Positions 42,277 to 53,864 of a stretch of DNA of 64,000 bases are shown one piece after another. Every line of letters starts with the position of its first letter. Within the stretch, counting starts at the first letter, position 1. The stretch comes from Alphaproteobacteria bacterium. Lineage in GTDB: Bacteria > Pseudomonadota > Alphaproteobacteria > Rickettsiales > JABDBP01. The notes beneath the pieces were generated by a model. That model was not told the DNA's origin. It worked only from the letters and a program-made list of their open reading frames with translations, and made no database searches. The stretch spans positions 17,997 to 81,996 of the forward strand of contig JABDBP010000002.1 of the NCBI GenBank assembly GCA_013288565.1, in the 5' to 3' direction. The translations under genes were made by a program, and so were the position numbers.

Positions 42277-43308
42277 ATGGATAAAAACAAGGCATTAGAA
42301 ACGGCAATCAGCCAGATCGAAAAATCTTTCGGCAAGGGTTCAGTTATGCGTTTGGGCCAGCGCGAGAATATCGAGGTAGAAACGATTTCCACCGGCTCAA
42401 TCGGGATTGATCTGGCGCTTGGTGTTGGCGGGTTGCCGAAAGGCCGGGTGATTGAGATTTTCGGACCGGAATCTTCGGGCAAAACCACGCTGGCGCTGCA
42501 TGTGGTGCATGAGGCCCAGAAAAAGGGCGGTGTTTGCGCGTTTATAGACGCCGAACACGCGCTCGATTCAGGTTACGCGCAGAAGTTAGGCATCAACATT
42601 GCAGATTTATTGATTTCGCAGCCTGATACCGGCGAGCAGGCGTTGGAAATTGCCGATACGCTGGTGAGAAGTGGTGGCGTGGACGTCGTGGTGATAGATT
42701 CGGTCGCGGCGCTGGTGCCAAGGGCGGAACTCGAAGGCGAAATGGGCGATTCGCATATGGGCCTCCAGGCGCGGCTGATGAGCCAGGCCTTACGCAAACT
42801 CACTGGCTCTATCTCAAAAACCAACTGCATGGTGATTTTTATCAACCAAATCCGCAGCAAAATCGGTGTTATGTTCGGTAACCCGGAAACCACCACCGGC
42901 GGCAATGCCTTGAAATTCTATGCCTCGGTGCGGCTCGATATCCGCCGTATCGGTGCGATCAAGGATAAGGAGGAGGTCGTCGGCAATCTCGTCCGGGTGA
43001 AAGTGGTGAAAAACAAAGTCGCCCCGCCATTCAAAGTGGTGGAATTCGATATAATGTACGGTGAGGGAATTTCCCGCACCGGTGAGATAATCGAACTTGG
43101 GGTCAAAGCAAATGTCATCGAAAAATCCGGCGCCTGGTTCTCCTATGATGGTGAGCGCATCGGCCAGGGCAAGGAAAATACCCGGAAATACCTAAAGGAT
43201 AATCCGAAGGTGGCCGATAAAATCGCCCAGGAAATCCGGGAGAAATCAGGGCAACTGATCGCTAACGATATTAGCGCTGATAGCGCGAAGGTGGCGGAAG
43301 AGGCTTAA
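42277..43308 (+). CDS. recA: Recombinase A
   Basis: [12 protein letters not shown] (Walker A), [26 protein letters not shown]. Confidence 0.98.
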   Translation: MDKNKALETAISQIEKSFGKGSVMRLGQRENIEVETISTGSIGIDLALGVGGLPKGRVIEIFGPESSGKTTLALHVVHEAQKKGGVCAFIDAEHALDSGYAQKLGINIADLLISQPDTGEQALEIADTLVRSGGVDVVVIDSVAALVPRAELEGEMGDSHMGLQARLMSQALRKLTGSISKTNCMVIFINQIRSKIGVMFGNPETTTGGNALKFYASVRLDIRRIGAIKDKEEVVGNLVRVKVVKNKVAPPFKVVEFDIMYGEGISRTGEIIELGVKANVIEKSGAWFSYDGERIGQGKENTRKYLKDNPKVADKIAQEIREKSGQLIANDISADSAKVAEEA

Positions 43309-43324
43309 TCAATTTTGCCAGTGA

Positions 43325-45955
43325 ATGAAATCCCTAAACGACATCCGTGCCGCGTTCCTGGATTTTTTCGCAGAGAATGGCCATAAAATCCTACCATCCG
43401 GGTCTTTGGTGCCGCATAACGACCCGACTTTGATGTTCACCAATGCCGGGATGGTGCAGTTTAAAAACATCTTCACCGGCGTCGAAAAAACCGACCTGAA
43501 ACGTGCCGCCACCAGCCAGAAATGCGTCCGCGCCGGCGGCAAGCATAACGATCTGGAAAATGTCGGCTACACCGCCCGGCATCACACTTTTTTCGAGATG
43601 CTGGGTAACTTCAGCTTCGGCGATTATTTCAAGGAAGGCGCGATAGAGTTGGCATGGAATTTCCTGACTAAGGAATTAAAGCTTCCTAAGGAAAAATTAT
43701 GGGTCACCGTTTATCATACCGATGATGAAGCGGTGAAATATTGGAAGAAAATAGCCGGATTTTCCGATGAACGCATAATCAAAATCGCGACCAACGATAA
43801 TTTCTGGTCTATGGGTGACATCGGTCCGTGTGGGCCGTGTTCCGAAATTTTTTATGATCATGGGCCCGGAGTTGCTGGAGGCCTGCCAGGAAGCAAAGAC
43901 GCTGATGGTGATAGATACATAGAAATCTGGAATCTGGTTTTTATGCAATATGAGCAACTTGCCGATGGAACTAGAGTGAGTCTCCCGAAGCCTAGCATCG
44001 ACACCGGCATGGGCCTGGAGCGTATGGCGGCGATAATGCAGGGAGTGCATAGTAATTATGAGATTGATTTATTCCGCGCTCTGATCGATGCATCGAAAAA
44101 AATCTCCGGGAATAACGGACACGAGGCTTCGCACCGCATCATCGCCGATCACCTGCGCTCGTCCGCATTCCTGATTGCCGATGGCGTGATGCCGGCGAAC
44201 GAGGGGAGGGGATACGTTCTCCGCCGAATTATGCGCCGCGCCATGCGCCACGCGCATCAGTTAGGTTGCAAGGAGCCGCTGATGTACCGGCTGGTTCCAG
44301 CACTCATTGAGCAGATGGGCAAGGCTTATCCTGAATTGGAGCGTGCGCGAAACCTGATCGTCGAAACTTTAAAACTGGAGGAAACCCGGTTCCAGGAAAC
44401 ATTAGGACGTGGATTAAAATTGCTGGAAACTGAAACTTCCGGCCTTACCAAAGGTGGAAAACTGGCGGGAGATATTGCTTTTCGGCTTTATGACACATTC
44501 GGATTCCCATTCGATCTAACCGCCGATATCTTGCGCGGTCAGGGGATTTTGGTTGATGAAAAAGGGTTCCATGCCGCGATGAATCAACAGCGGGAAACGG
44601 CGCGCGCGGCTTGGTCTGGTTCCGGCGGAAAATCCACCGATAAAATCTGGTTTGAGATCCGCGATGAATTCGGCCCCACGGAATTTTTGGGATATGATCG
44701 TCATGAGGCAAGCGGAAATGTTATCGCCTTGCTGAAAGATCACAAAAAAGCGAAAACCGCAAAAACCGGCGAAGAGATAGTGATTATCACCAACCAGACA
44801 CCATTTTACGCCGAATCCGGCGGACAGGCGGGCGATACCGGGAAAATCAGCGATCCGTCGGGCCTGGAAATTGCAGTGCTAGATACCAAAAAACATGGCG
44901 ATCTGCACGCGCATATCGGAAACGTGGTGAAAGGTGAAATTAAGGTTGGCCAGGTGGTGAATCTAACTGTCGATAATAAAAGGCGCGATGCTCTCCGTGC
45001 CAATCACTCGGCAACTCATATTCTTCATGCGGTTTTGCGGAATAAATTAGGCAGCCATGTTACACAGAAAGGTTCATTGGTCTCGGAAGAATATTTGCGG
45101 TTCGATTTCAGCCATCAGAAACAAATTTCGCGTGAGGAGCTGCTGGAAATCGAGCGCGAGACGAACAAAATCATTCGCCAGAATAGCGAAGTCTGTACGA
45201 AATTGATGTCATCCGACGAAGCGGTAAAATCCGGTGCGATGGCGCTATTTGGGGAAAAATATGGCGACGAGGTGCGCGTGGTTTCCATGGGAAAAAATGT
45301 TAATACTGATTTTTCCACCGAGCTTTGCGGTGGAACGCACGTCACCAGAACCGGTGATATCGGGCTTTTCAAGATCACATCGGAGGGTGCTGTGGCGGCG
45401 GGAGTGAGAAGAATCGAAGCGTTCACCGGCGAAGCGGCGATTGAGTATGTCGAGAGCCAGGAGAATAAAGTTCTCGGCATTGCAGCGAAAATAAAAACCG
45501 CGCCGGAAGAAATCGAAAACCGCATTGGAATTTTACTTGAGGAAAGGAAGAATCTTGAAAAAGAAATGATGGATTTGCGGAAGAAGTCAGCCATGGGGGC
45601 TGGCAGTGGGGTAGCCCCCGCTTTTGAAAAAATCGGTAATATACACTTTGTCGGTAAGATTCTGGTTGATTTGCCGCCCCAGGAAATGAAGCCGTTGGCC
45701 GATGAGTTGAAAAAACAGATTGGCTCCGGCGTTGTCGTGGTAATTTCCACGGCGGGTGAAAAAGTTTCGCTGGTCGTTGGCGTGACCGATGATTTGACCG
45801 GTAAATTTGATGCTGTGGAATTGGTGAAGATCGGTGCAGCCACAGTCGGCGGCAAAGGCGGTGGAGGGCGACGGGATATGGCTCAAGCTGGTGGGGCGGA
45901 GGCTCAGAAAGTGAATGAGGCGTTGGAGGCGATTAAAAAAGCGGTGCTAAAGTAA
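43325..45955 (+). CDS. alaS: Alanine--tRNA ligase
   Basis: [24 protein letters not shown]...[18 protein letters not shown], editing-domain motifs HSATHIL and CGGTHV. Confidence 0.98.
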   Translation: MKSLNDIRAAFLDFFAENGHKILPSGSLVPHNDPTLMFTNAGMVQFKNIFTGVEKTDLKRAATSQKCVRAGGKHNDLENVGYTARHHTFFEMLGNFSFGDYFKEGAIELAWNFLTKELKLPKEKLWVTVYHTDDEAVKYWKKIAGFSDERIIKIATNDNFWSMGDIGPCGPCSEIFYDHGPGVAGGLPGSKDADGDRYIEIWNLVFMQYEQLADGTRVSLPKPSIDTGMGLERMAAIMQGVHSNYEIDLFRALIDASKKISGNNGHEASHRIIADHLRSSAFLIADGVMPANEGRGYVLRRIMRRAMRHAHQLGCKEPLMYRLVPALIEQMGKAYPELERARNLIVETLKLEETRFQETLGRGLKLLETETSGLTKGGKLAGDIAFRLYDTFGFPFDLTADILRGQGILVDEKGFHAAMNQQRETARAAWSGSGGKSTDKIWFEIRDEFGPTEFLGYDRHEASGNVIALLKDHKKAKTAKTGEEIVIITNQTPFYAESGGQAGDTGKISDPSGLEIAVLDTKKHGDLHAHIGNVVKGEIKVGQVVNLTVDNKRRDALRANHSATHILHAVLRNKLGSHVTQKGSLVSEEYLRFDFSHQKQISREELLEIERETNKIIRQNSEVCTKLMSSDEAVKSGAMALFGEKYGDEVRVVSMGKNVNTDFSTELCGGTHVTRTGDIGLFKITSEGAVAAGVRRIEAFTGEAAIEYVESQENKVLGIAAKIKTAPEEIENRIGILLEERKNLEKEMMDLRKKSAMGAGSGVAPAFEKIGNIHFVGKILVDLPPQEMKPLADELKKQIGSGVVVVISTAGEKVSLVVGVTDDLTGKFDAVELVKIGAATVGGKGGGGRRDMAQAGGAEAQKVNEALEAIKKAVLK

Positions 45956-46525
45956 ATGAAGTGTGCGGTTATCAGTTTGGTATTGTTGTTTGCTTTCACT
46001 GCGTATGGAGCGGAAAGCATACCGCATTGGCAAGTAATACCTGATAAAAGCAATATTGAATGGACGGCAAGCTATTCCGGTAAACCGATAAAGGGGCAAT
46101 TTCCAGCGTTTGAATCGGATATTGCCTTTGATCCAACGCATCTGGATAAAAGTTATGTGAAGGTGCAACTGGAGCTAGGGAAACTAAAAAGCCAGGACAA
46201 AGATGCAATGCAGAACTTACCGACAAAAGAATGGTTTTTCGTAGATAAATATCCCCTCGCGGTTTTTGCGGTCAAGGAATTTATTCATCTGCAAGGCGAT
46301 AATTATGAGGCGCATGGAATGCTGACGATAAAGGGGAAGGAAATAAAGGTGAATCTGCCTTTTACCGTTAAATTTCTTAATGATAATAGTGATGCGGTTA
46401 TTAATGGCGAAACTACCATAAAACGCCTGGATTTTGGCATCGGCGAAGGCGAATGGGCAACGACAAATCCGCTGGCTGATGAAGTAAAATTGGCGATTCA
46501 TATTGAAGCAAAACAAATGCAATAG
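45956..46525 (+). CDS. YceI-family periplasmic protein
   Basis: Signal peptide; S.IEW.....G....G.F..F...I.FDP.....S.V.V...G...S; HG.LTIKG....V..PF. Confidence 0.85.
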   Translation: MKCAVISLVLLFAFTAYGAESIPHWQVIPDKSNIEWTASYSGKPIKGQFPAFESDIAFDPTHLDKSYVKVQLELGKLKSQDKDAMQNLPTKEWFFVDKYPLAVFAVKEFIHLQGDNYEAHGMLTIKGKEIKVNLPFTVKFLNDNSDAVINGETTIKRLDFGIGEGEWATTNPLADEVKLAIHIEAKQMQ

Positions 46526-46550
46526 TTGTAACTTTAATTGGGAGAAAAAA

Positions 46551-47324
46551 ATGCTCAAAAATAAAACTGCAATCGTTACTGGGTCAACCAGCGGGATTGG
46601 TCTGGGAATTGCGCAAAAGTTGGCAGAGGAAGGGTGTAACATCGTCATTAATGGCTTCGGCGATAAGGACGCGATAGAAAAAGAGCGCTCTTCAATTGAA
46701 AAAAATTGTGGCGTCAAGTGCATCTATTTGGGTGCGGATATCAGCAAGCCTACGGAAGTCGAAAAGATGATTAAAGACGCGGGAGATGTCGATATTCTGG
46801 TGAACAACGCTGGAATCCAGTTCGTTGCCCCCATTGAGGATTTCCCACTGGAAAAATGGGATGCGGTAATTTCCACCAACCTTTCCGCCTCTTTTTACAC
46901 GATGAAATATGCGCTTCCCGGAATGAAAAAGCGGAAATCCGGTAGGATAATAAATATCGCTTCGGCGCATGGATTGGTGGCAAGCAGCGGAAAAGCCGCA
47001 TACGTTGCGGCGAAGCATGGGCTAGTGGGTTTAACGAAAGTTGTGGCACTGGAAGCGGCGAACAACGGTAACATCACCTGCAACGCAATCTGCCCGGGCT
47101 GGGTTTTAACGCCGCTGGTGGAAAAACAAATCAAGGATAACGCCGCAAAGGAAGGCAAAAGCGAGGCCGAGGCCAAGGAAGAAATGCTGAAGGAAAAGCA
47201 GGCAAATTTTGAGTTCGCGACTCCAGAGCAAATCGCCGGATTAGTGGTTTATCTATGCGGCGAATCGGCAAAATCCATCACCGGCGCCGCGCTCTCCATA
47301 GATAATGGCTGGACTTGCCAGTAG
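46551..47324 (+). CDS. bdhA: 3-hydroxybutyrate dehydrogenase (SDR family)
   Basis: LKNKTAIVTGSTSGIGLGIA, NNAGIQFVAPIEDFP, SAHGLVAS..KAAYVAAKHG, NAICPGWV.TPLV. Confidence 0.85.
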   Translation: MLKNKTAIVTGSTSGIGLGIAQKLAEEGCNIVINGFGDKDAIEKERSSIEKNCGVKCIYLGADISKPTEVEKMIKDAGDVDILVNNAGIQFVAPIEDFPLEKWDAVISTNLSASFYTMKYALPGMKKRKSGRIINIASAHGLVASSGKAAYVAAKHGLVGLTKVVALEAANNGNITCNAICPGWVLTPLVEKQIKDNAAKEGKSEAEAKEEMLKEKQANFEFATPEQIAGLVVYLCGESAKSITGAALSIDNGWTCQ

Positions 47325-47329
47325 GATAA

Positions 47330-48580
47330 TTATTGTTCGCTAACGGCTGGTAACCGTACGACCACTTCTTCTGCCTCGCCTTCGATTACTTTCGTTTTTG
47401 CCCCAAGAAATTCCAGGTTGGTTGTAGGAAATTTTGCCGGGAGGTCGAGTCCATCCCTTTCTATTTCCCGGGCTTTATCTAGGAATTTTCCGTTGAAGCG
47501 TTGGATGAAATCGTTGTAATTCTTTGTCGCGCTTTCCAGTCCGCTACCGAGTTTACGCACCGATTCGTATAGGTCGCCAAGCGAGCTGATCATCGTCCGG
47601 ATTTTTGCGATTATCTCGTCATTGAAACGGCTTTGTCTTTCGCGCATTATGCTGAACCGTGAATTTATCAGGATGTTTTTCAGGCCACTTGGTCCGCAGG
47701 GGAAAATTTCTTTCCTGAAAGCATTTTCCATGAAAAGAGGATCGGCCTTGTTAACTTTATCCCAGGCGGGGTCGGTGGGCAAAAACATAACGGTGACGAT
47801 ATTGTTTATTTGCCGGCCGTGGGTTTTTTCCAGGCTAGACTTTATGCCCTCCCGATAATCCCGGCTTTCCAGGGATTTTAGGTGTTTACCCATAGTGGCC
47901 TTCAATCTTTGCAACAGGTCTTTCTCATCCGCGGCCTCGGTTTCCAATTCGAGGAAAATGCTGGAAGATTTGCTATCTATAATCAAGACGTCATCATCTG
48001 GCAGGAATACGATAGCATCAGGGCGGCCGATCTTTTCGTTATCTTTTATGACGTATTGCAGCAGGTAATCCCGCCCATCCTCTAGGTTCGAGCCTTTGAA
48101 GATATTTTCCAGTATAAGTTCGGCCATGGAACCTGCGCCACCGGGCGTAAGCAGGGAGCGGCGAATCATATCCACGCTTTCCACTTTCTGGTTTAGGCTG
48201 TGGATATTCCGGAAAATCTCGGCAAATTGCCCGGTTAATTTTTCCGTTGCGTTTTTTATTCTCTCCTCGGATTCTTTCCTGGAGGTTTCGCTCTCTTTTT
48301 TATGGTCGGAAATTAGGATTTTGCTGGCCTCCAACAGCGATTCCTTGTTGCCTTTGATGAATTGTTCCTTGATCTGCTCCAGGCTTGCCGTTTTCTCAGA
48401 CTCGGACTTCAACCTCTCTCCTAGCTGGCGATTTTCTTGTTCCAGCATCCATGTGGTTTTTTCGTTTTCGGAAATTTTTTCTTGGCAGTTTTTCAGCTTC
48501 CTACTCACCTTTAATGCCCAGCAAACACTGGCCGCCAGGCCTAAGCCCAGAATTATAATTGCAATTATATAGCCTGCCAT
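47330..48580 (-). CDS. rmuC: DNA recombination protein RmuC
   Basis: N-terminal TM plus coiled coil, then RPDAIVFLPDDDVLIIDSK and MFLP.D. Start at 48580, which avoids overlap with the glmU start. Confidence 0.85.
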   Translation of the reverse strand: MAGYIIAIIILGLGLAASVCWALKVSRKLKNCQEKISENEKTTWMLEQENRQLGERLKSESEKTASLEQIKEQFIKGNKESLLEASKILISDHKKESETSRKESEERIKNATEKLTGQFAEIFRNIHSLNQKVESVDMIRRSLLTPGGAGSMAELILENIFKGSNLEDGRDYLLQYVIKDNEKIGRPDAIVFLPDDDVLIIDSKSSSIFLELETEAADEKDLLQRLKATMGKHLKSLESRDYREGIKSSLEKTHGRQINNIVTVMFLPTDPAWDKVNKADPLFMENAFRKEIFPCGPSGLKNILINSRFSIMRERQSRFNDEIIAKIRTMISSLGDLYESVRKLGSGLESATKNYNDFIQRFNGKFLDKAREIERDGLDLPAKFPTTNLEFLGAKTKVIEGEAEEVVVRLPAVSEQ

Positions 48581-48638
48581 ACGAACTCTCTGGAAATTGC
48601 CAGGAAAAAGAGGTAAATCATACTGGAGAGAGGTCGAA

Positions 48639-49943
48639 ATGTCAAAATTTACCGGGCTGATATTGGCGGCGGGGAATGGCACCAGGATGCGTTCCGGGCT
48701 GCCGAAAGTTCTGCATGAAATTGCTGGCAGGCCGATGGTGAATTACCTGGTGGCGATGGTTTCTAGGCTGAAGCCGGAAAGGCTTATAGCCGTAATCGCG
48801 CCCGGGATGAATGACGTGAAAACCGCCATTCTTGCAGAGAACGATAAGGTGAAATTCGCTATCCAGAAACAGCAGCGTGGCACCGGCGATGCCGTCATTT
48901 CGGCGCTTTCGCAACTGAAAGGCACTGAGGGTGATGTGGTGGTGCTTTACGGCGACCATCCGTTCATTTCCCCGGAAACCATAGAGAATATGCTCTCGGC
49001 GCTTAAGTCGAACGAGAATAACGCGATAGTGGTTCTCGGGTTCACCCCCGCCGACCCGGCGGAATATGGGCGGCTGGTAATGAATAGCCGTGGCGAATTG
49101 GAAGCAATAGTGGAATATAAGGATGCAGACGCCGATATAAGAGAGATAAGCCTCTGCAATTCCGGCGTGATGGCGGTTCGCCATGGATTATTGCCGAAAC
49201 TGCTGAAACAGTTGAAAAATTCCAATGCCAACCGGGAATTTTACCTGACCGATCTGGTGGCCATCGCCAATGCCGAAGGGTTTGCCTGCCTTGCGGTTAG
49301 GGCCGAGGAGGAAGAGGTGATGGGGATAAATTCACGCGCGCAATTGGCCGCCGCCGAAAGCATCATGCAGGGAAAACTCCGTCGGGCTGCTATGGGCGTG
49401 GGTGCAACGCTGTTTGCGCCAGAGACGGTTTTTTTCAGTTGGGATACTATCATTAGCAAAGACACGGTGATCCATCCGTTCGTGGTGATCGGCAAAGGAA
49501 CGGCGATTGACGAGGGCGTGGAAATCCGCTCTTTCAGCCATATCGAAGGGGCAAGGATCGGGAAGAATTCCATAGTTGGGCCGTTTGCGCGACTACGTCC
49601 TGGTGTGCACCTGGCGGATGATGTGCATATCGGCAATTTCGTCGAAATAAAAAAATCAAAGATCGGAAAAGGCTCGCAGATTGGGCATCTCAGCTATATT
49701 GGCGATGCGACACTCGGCAGTGACGTAAATATCGGCGCGGGGACGATAACTTGCAATTACGATGGCAAGAAAAAATATGAAACGAACATCGGCAAGGGCG
49801 CGTTCATCGGCTCCAATACTTCGCTGGTGGCACCGGTAAAAATAGGTGAGGGGGCGGTTATCGGCGCCGGGGCGACCATTGTAAAAGATGTAAAAAAAGG
49901 GGCGAAAGTGGTGAATGTAATGCCGCAGAAAGAGTTGGGCTAG
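48639..49943 (+). CDS. glmU: Bifunctional UDP-N-acetylglucosamine pyrophosphorylase/GlcN-1-P acetyltransferase
   Basis: LILAAGNGTRM.S.LPKVLH.IAG.PM; C-terminal LbH hexapeptides. SD GGAGAGAGG. Confidence 0.95.
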   Translation: MSKFTGLILAAGNGTRMRSGLPKVLHEIAGRPMVNYLVAMVSRLKPERLIAVIAPGMNDVKTAILAENDKVKFAIQKQQRGTGDAVISALSQLKGTEGDVVVLYGDHPFISPETIENMLSALKSNENNAIVVLGFTPADPAEYGRLVMNSRGELEAIVEYKDADADIREISLCNSGVMAVRHGLLPKLLKQLKNSNANREFYLTDLVAIANAEGFACLAVRAEEEEVMGINSRAQLAAAESIMQGKLRRAAMGVGATLFAPETVFFSWDTIISKDTVIHPFVVIGKGTAIDEGVEIRSFSHIEGARIGKNSIVGPFARLRPGVHLADDVHIGNFVEIKKSKIGKGSQIGHLSYIGDATLGSDVNIGAGTITCNYDGKKKYETNIGKGAFIGSNTSLVAPVKIGEGAVIGAGATIVKDVKKGAKVVNVMPQKELG

Positions 49944-50038
49944 TATATAATTCTAGTGTCACTGATTATCGAACAGCAAAACCGCTACCTGATAAATTAC
50001 TGTCCGTCAGATCAAATTTGAAGTTCTACAATTTATAT

Positions 50039-51190
50039 TTAGTTGCCGGGTAGCGGGGGAATGTCATTTTTTTGCTTCAGGTTATTAGCATGAGAGGGTG
50101 TGATAGGGGAAGATGTGTCATTTTTCATTTGAACACCACTATTATTGAGGTCAGTAACTATTCTCCCTAGAGATTCTGATAGAGAATCTCTTCCGGCTTC
50201 TAGCTCTAGCCCTCTAAGGTGTTCACGTATTAATTCCACCCTTTCCAGCACCGGTGCAATTAACTGACCTTTATTAAATTCTACATTGAGATTATTACTA
50301 CGAATATATTCGACTATCATTCCTTCGTAGTGGTCGGTAAGTTTTTGAATTTCTTCCAGAGGAATATCGGTAATTTCTCTGAATGTTTGTAGCAACTCTT
50401 TTGGGTTAGCCATTGCTTCCGGAAATGGAAAAATAATCGTATCGGAGTGAGGTATCATGCCGGGTTTTACCCTACCGGAACCTTCCAAATGAGTATTATT
50501 AAACCTATCAGCAATCTGAAGTTCTTTTTCCGGTGTCAAGCCTTCCAATAACTCACGAAATATAAAAAGCCAGGTCGGGGCTTTAGGCTCGGTTATTATT
50601 TGAGAAAAATTAACAACTTCATCGGGTTTGGAACTATGAATATATGCGATTTCCGGCTTCTGAAATGCTTTGCCAAAATCAATTGATCCTACCTGTATAG
50701 ATTCTCCTAGGTCTTTATAACCAATATTTTGCATATTGGCAAAATCATAATCTCCAATCAGAGTGCGTATAGCAACAACCTTATTTAGGTTTACTACTGG
50801 TTTGCTATCCAATGATGGGGAATTATTATTGCTGTCGGGGATTTGGACTCTTTTTCCACCATTTACTATTGATTCTTCTATCCCGGCGTAGCCTTCTACG
50901 AGCTGGGATGCTACTTTATATTTCGCATGCCCATTATCTTCTTTATGAATAAGGGCATCTACAATGTTTTTGTCGTCGGCAAGCAATCTATATAGTGATG
51001 CAGCATAAACTTCGACGATTGCCCCTATGCTGCGCGAATATTCTGCTGGATTACCGTCTTTGGTAACGGCATTTTTAGCTTCACCTTCCTTCACATACCA
51101 AATATACGGAGAATCTTCCAATCTGACCCAGCCGCCAGGATTAGAGCCTTTTTTATAGATAACTCTTTTTTCATCGACAATTTCGAACAT
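50039..51190 (-). CDS. AT-rich orphan protein with a kinase-like motif arrangement
   Basis: In order: KKGSNPGGWV, IWYVKEG, EVYAASLYRLL, LIGDYDFANMQNIGY (D-x4-N), GSIDFGKAF (DFG). Confidence 0.5.
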   Translation of the reverse strand: MFEIVDEKRVIYKKGSNPGGWVRLEDSPYIWYVKEGEAKNAVTKDGNPAEYSRSIGAIVEVYAASLYRLLADDKNIVDALIHKEDNGHAKYKVASQLVEGYAGIEESIVNGGKRVQIPDSNNNSPSLDSKPVVNLNKVVAIRTLIGDYDFANMQNIGYKDLGESIQVGSIDFGKAFQKPEIAYIHSSKPDEVVNFSQIITEPKAPTWLFIFRELLEGLTPEKELQIADRFNNTHLEGSGRVKPGMIPHSDTIIFPFPEAMANPKELLQTFREITDIPLEEIQKLTDHYEGMIVEYIRSNNLNVEFNKGQLIAPVLERVELIREHLRGLELEAGRDSLSESLGRIVTDLNNSGVQMKNDTSSPITPSHANNLKQKNDIPPLPGN

Positions 51191-51277
51191 TAATACAGTA
51201 TAAAAGAGAAAAGTTAATTTTTCGTTAACGTTCAGGATTGTTTTGCTATTTTATTGGATTATAAGGCTTTTATGCTC

Positions 51278-52675
51278 TCACTCCCCGGTCATAATCCTAT
51301 CGACCAGTTGCTGCACCGTGGGGATGAAACCGTTCGCATAAAACGGGTCTTCGGAGAATTTATAGGCGTTATGCCCGGAGAACATCAGTTGGTTCTCCAC
51401 ATCATTACCATGTACGACTTTCTGCAAGGTTTTCTGGATGCAGTAACTGCGCGGATCGGTCTTTTTGCCGGTAGAAAAATTTTCGTTCGTTGACCAATTG
51501 CTGAACCGGCAGGCGGATAGGCAGCCCATGCAGTCGATCTGGTCGAAGCGAATCTGCTCGGACTTGTCTTTTGTCACGAAAATCAGCGTAGAATCCGGGG
51601 TTTTCATCGCCTCGTCGAAGCCTTTGGCCAACCAGAATTCGGCCTTTTCCTTATCCTCCGCCGTCACATATACCGGTCGCTTGCGCGGTCCTACCGGAAA
51701 AGGCACAACTAATTCGCCATGCGGTTCGATGAGATAAGGAATTTGCCGCTCCTCGCGTCCCTGCAATTCACGGATAAAATCATTCTCCACCGCTGATGAA
51801 TAAAACCCGGTGGGGGAGAATCGGTTCAAATAAACGTCACCGTTTTTCAGCGTCAGCAGTTTCTTTTTCCATTCGTCAGAAACCGGGCTTTCCTTGGTGA
51901 GGATCGGCCGGGTGCCAAACTGGAATGCAATAGGCCCGATTTCCGGGTTGTCCAGCCAATTTTCCCAATCTTTGAGCGCCCAAACGCCGCCCGCCATTAT
52001 TATCGGAATGTGTGATAGGCCAACCTCGTTCATGAACCGGCGCAGCTCGCTCACGCGCGGGAACGGATCCTCCGGTTTAGCCGGATCCTCGCTGTTGGAA
52101 AGTCCGTTATGCCCGCCTGCCAGCCACGGGTCTTCATAAACCACCGCACCTAAGAAGTTGCTCATTTTGTGATACGCCCGTTTCCACAATGCCCGGAAAG
52201 CGCGCATCGAGGAGACTATCGGATAATAATAAACCTTGTAATGCTCAGCTATTTCGGCGATGCGGTAAGGCATCCCAGCGCCGCAGGTGACGCCGTTGAT
52301 CATGCCCTTGGCTTTTTCCAATACCCCGTGCAGAACGCGTTCAGCGCCACCCATTTCCCATAATATATTCATATGGATGCGCCCTTTTCCGCCTGATATT
52401 TCATAGGCAGTTTTCGCCTGATAGAGTGCGCCCTTGATGCTCAAATCTATCAATTCCTCATGCCGCTCTTTCCGTGTAGCGCCTTTATATACGTAATCGA
52501 CCAGGTTGCCGTTTTCATCCATCGAATCGGCGTTGACGCCGGAAAACGTCCCTACTGCCCCGGCCGCTGCGAACGCGCCGGAGGTTACTCCGCTGGTCAC
52601 GCCGATACCTTTGCCGCCCTCGACTATGGGCAGCACTTCCCGACCGGAAATGACGACTGGTTTGATTTTGAGCAA
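51278..52675 (-). CDS. Nitronate monooxygenase (NMO/2-nitropropane dioxygenase) family flavoprotein, long form
   Basis: VEGGKGIGVT, VTCGAGMP, AGGHNG, PIIMAGGV. Confidence 0.75.
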   Translation of the reverse strand: MLKIKPVVISGREVLPIVEGGKGIGVTSGVTSGAFAAAGAVGTFSGVNADSMDENGNLVDYVYKGATRKERHEELIDLSIKGALYQAKTAYEISGGKGRIHMNILWEMGGAERVLHGVLEKAKGMINGVTCGAGMPYRIAEIAEHYKVYYYPIVSSMRAFRALWKRAYHKMSNFLGAVVYEDPWLAGGHNGLSNSEDPAKPEDPFPRVSELRRFMNEVGLSHIPIIMAGGVWALKDWENWLDNPEIGPIAFQFGTRPILTKESPVSDEWKKKLLTLKNGDVYLNRFSPTGFYSSAVENDFIRELQGREERQIPYLIEPHGELVVPFPVGPRKRPVYVTAEDKEKAEFWLAKGFDEAMKTPDSTLIFVTKDKSEQIRFDQIDCMGCLSACRFSNWSTNENFSTGKKTDPRSYCIQKTLQKVVHGNDVENQLMFSGHNAYKFSEDPFYANGFIPTVQQLVDRIMTGE

Positions 52676-52796
52676 TTTATTTACCAGGTGGAATTACCAT
52701 TGACTCTTTATTATAGAGCCAAATGGCGAGCAATAGCAAATAAGTTTGTGATAAGTGCTGCAATGAAGGAAGTAGCTTAAAGTTATTTTTGTGGGC

Positions 52797-53864
52797 CTAA
52801 AACTCTAAATAATTCACATGGCCCATTTTGCGGCCTTTTTTTGCTTCGGATTTTCCGTATAAATGCAGCTTTGCCCCAGGGTTTCTCAGGATTTCCGGCC
52901 ATTTCTCCACGTCACGCCCGAGTAGATTCACCATCCGGGTTTTTTTCGCCGTCAGTCCCACCGGGCCGAAAGGTAGCCCACAAACCGCACGCACGAATTG
53001 CTCAAACTGGCTGGTTTCGCAGCCGTCCATTGTCCAATGCCCGGAATTGTGCGGGCGTGGCGCAATCTCATTAACCAGCAATTGATTATTTTTCGTTACG
53101 AAAAACTCAACCGCAAGCAAGCCAACCAAGCCAAGGTTTTCAGCTATTTTTATGGCGATTCTCTGTGCATTTTTTTCCAGGCCTAAACTGATGTTCGCTG
53201 GGGCACGTGATGCGCACAATATACCATTTTCATGAACATTTTCCGCTAGCGGAAAACACAAGGTTTTACCGTAGGAATTCCTTGCAACTATCACCGAAAT
53301 TTCCTTTTTGAAATCAACCAATTCTTCGAGAATCGCCGTTTTTAGGCGGGATTCCTTCCATATTTTTTTCAAATCCGCGTGCGCAAAAACTTTATGCTGT
53401 CCCTTGCCGTCATAGCCAAATTCCGCGGATTTTAGAATGCCGGGCTTGCCGCATTTCGCTGCCGCTTTTTCTAATTCCTTAAGAGTTCTTACCGCAAAAA
53501 ACTGGGCCGTTGACACATCGATTTCGTTTAAATATTTCTTCTCGCGTAGCCGGTTTTGCGAAACGTGGAGTGCCAGGTTTCCCGGCCTGACCGGGCAGAA
53601 TTTTTCAAGATATTGAATACTTTCAGCCGGAATGTTTTCGAATTCAAAAGTTATTACATCAATGCTTTTTGCGAAAGCTTTCAAGCTAGGTTTATCGCCA
53701 TAATCCGCGATAGTTGTAAAAGCGGAAACTTGTGCGGCGGGGGAATGTTTTTCTGGCGTATATATGTGAATTTTATATCCGAGATTGGCCGCGGCCAGAG
53801 CCGTCATCCGGCCAAGTTGCCCACCACCAATAATACCAATTATCGAGCCGGGTGGGATAATCAT
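52797..53864 (-). CDS. purK: 5-(carboxyamino)imidazole ribonucleotide synthase
   Basis: [12 protein letters not shown]; ATP-grasp GYDGKGQ; [12 protein letters not shown]; KMGH. Confidence 0.95.
   Translation of the reverse strand: MIIPPGSIIGIIGGGQLGRMTALAAANLGYKIHIYTPEKHSPAAQVSAFTTIADYGDKPSLKAFAKSIDVITFEFENIPAESIQYLEKFCPVRPGNLALHVSQNRLREKKYLNEIDVSTAQFFAVRTLKELEKAAAKCGKPGILKSAEFGYDGKGQHKVFAHADLKKIWKESRLKTAILEELVDFKKEISVIVARNSYGKTLCFPLAENVHENGILCASRAPANISLGLEKNAQRIAIKIAENLGLVGLLAVEFFVTKNNQLLVNEIAPRPHNSGHWTMDGCETSQFEQFVRAVCGLPFGPVGLTAKKTRMVNLLGRDVEKWPEILRNPGAKLHLYGKSEAKKGRKMGHVNYLEF

Noticed and set aside
45115-45855. Long antisense ORFs inside well-supported genes. Examples are the 246 aa opposite alaS here, 211 aa at 886-1521 opposite the MASE1 kinase, 190 aa at 14292-14864 opposite tpsA, and 156 aa at 33410-33880 opposite the autotransporter.
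   Set aside because: They lie wholly within genes with unmistakable family signatures on the other strand. They have biased low-complexity composition (Pro/Ser/Thr/Ala runs mirroring the sense codons) and no SD sequences.
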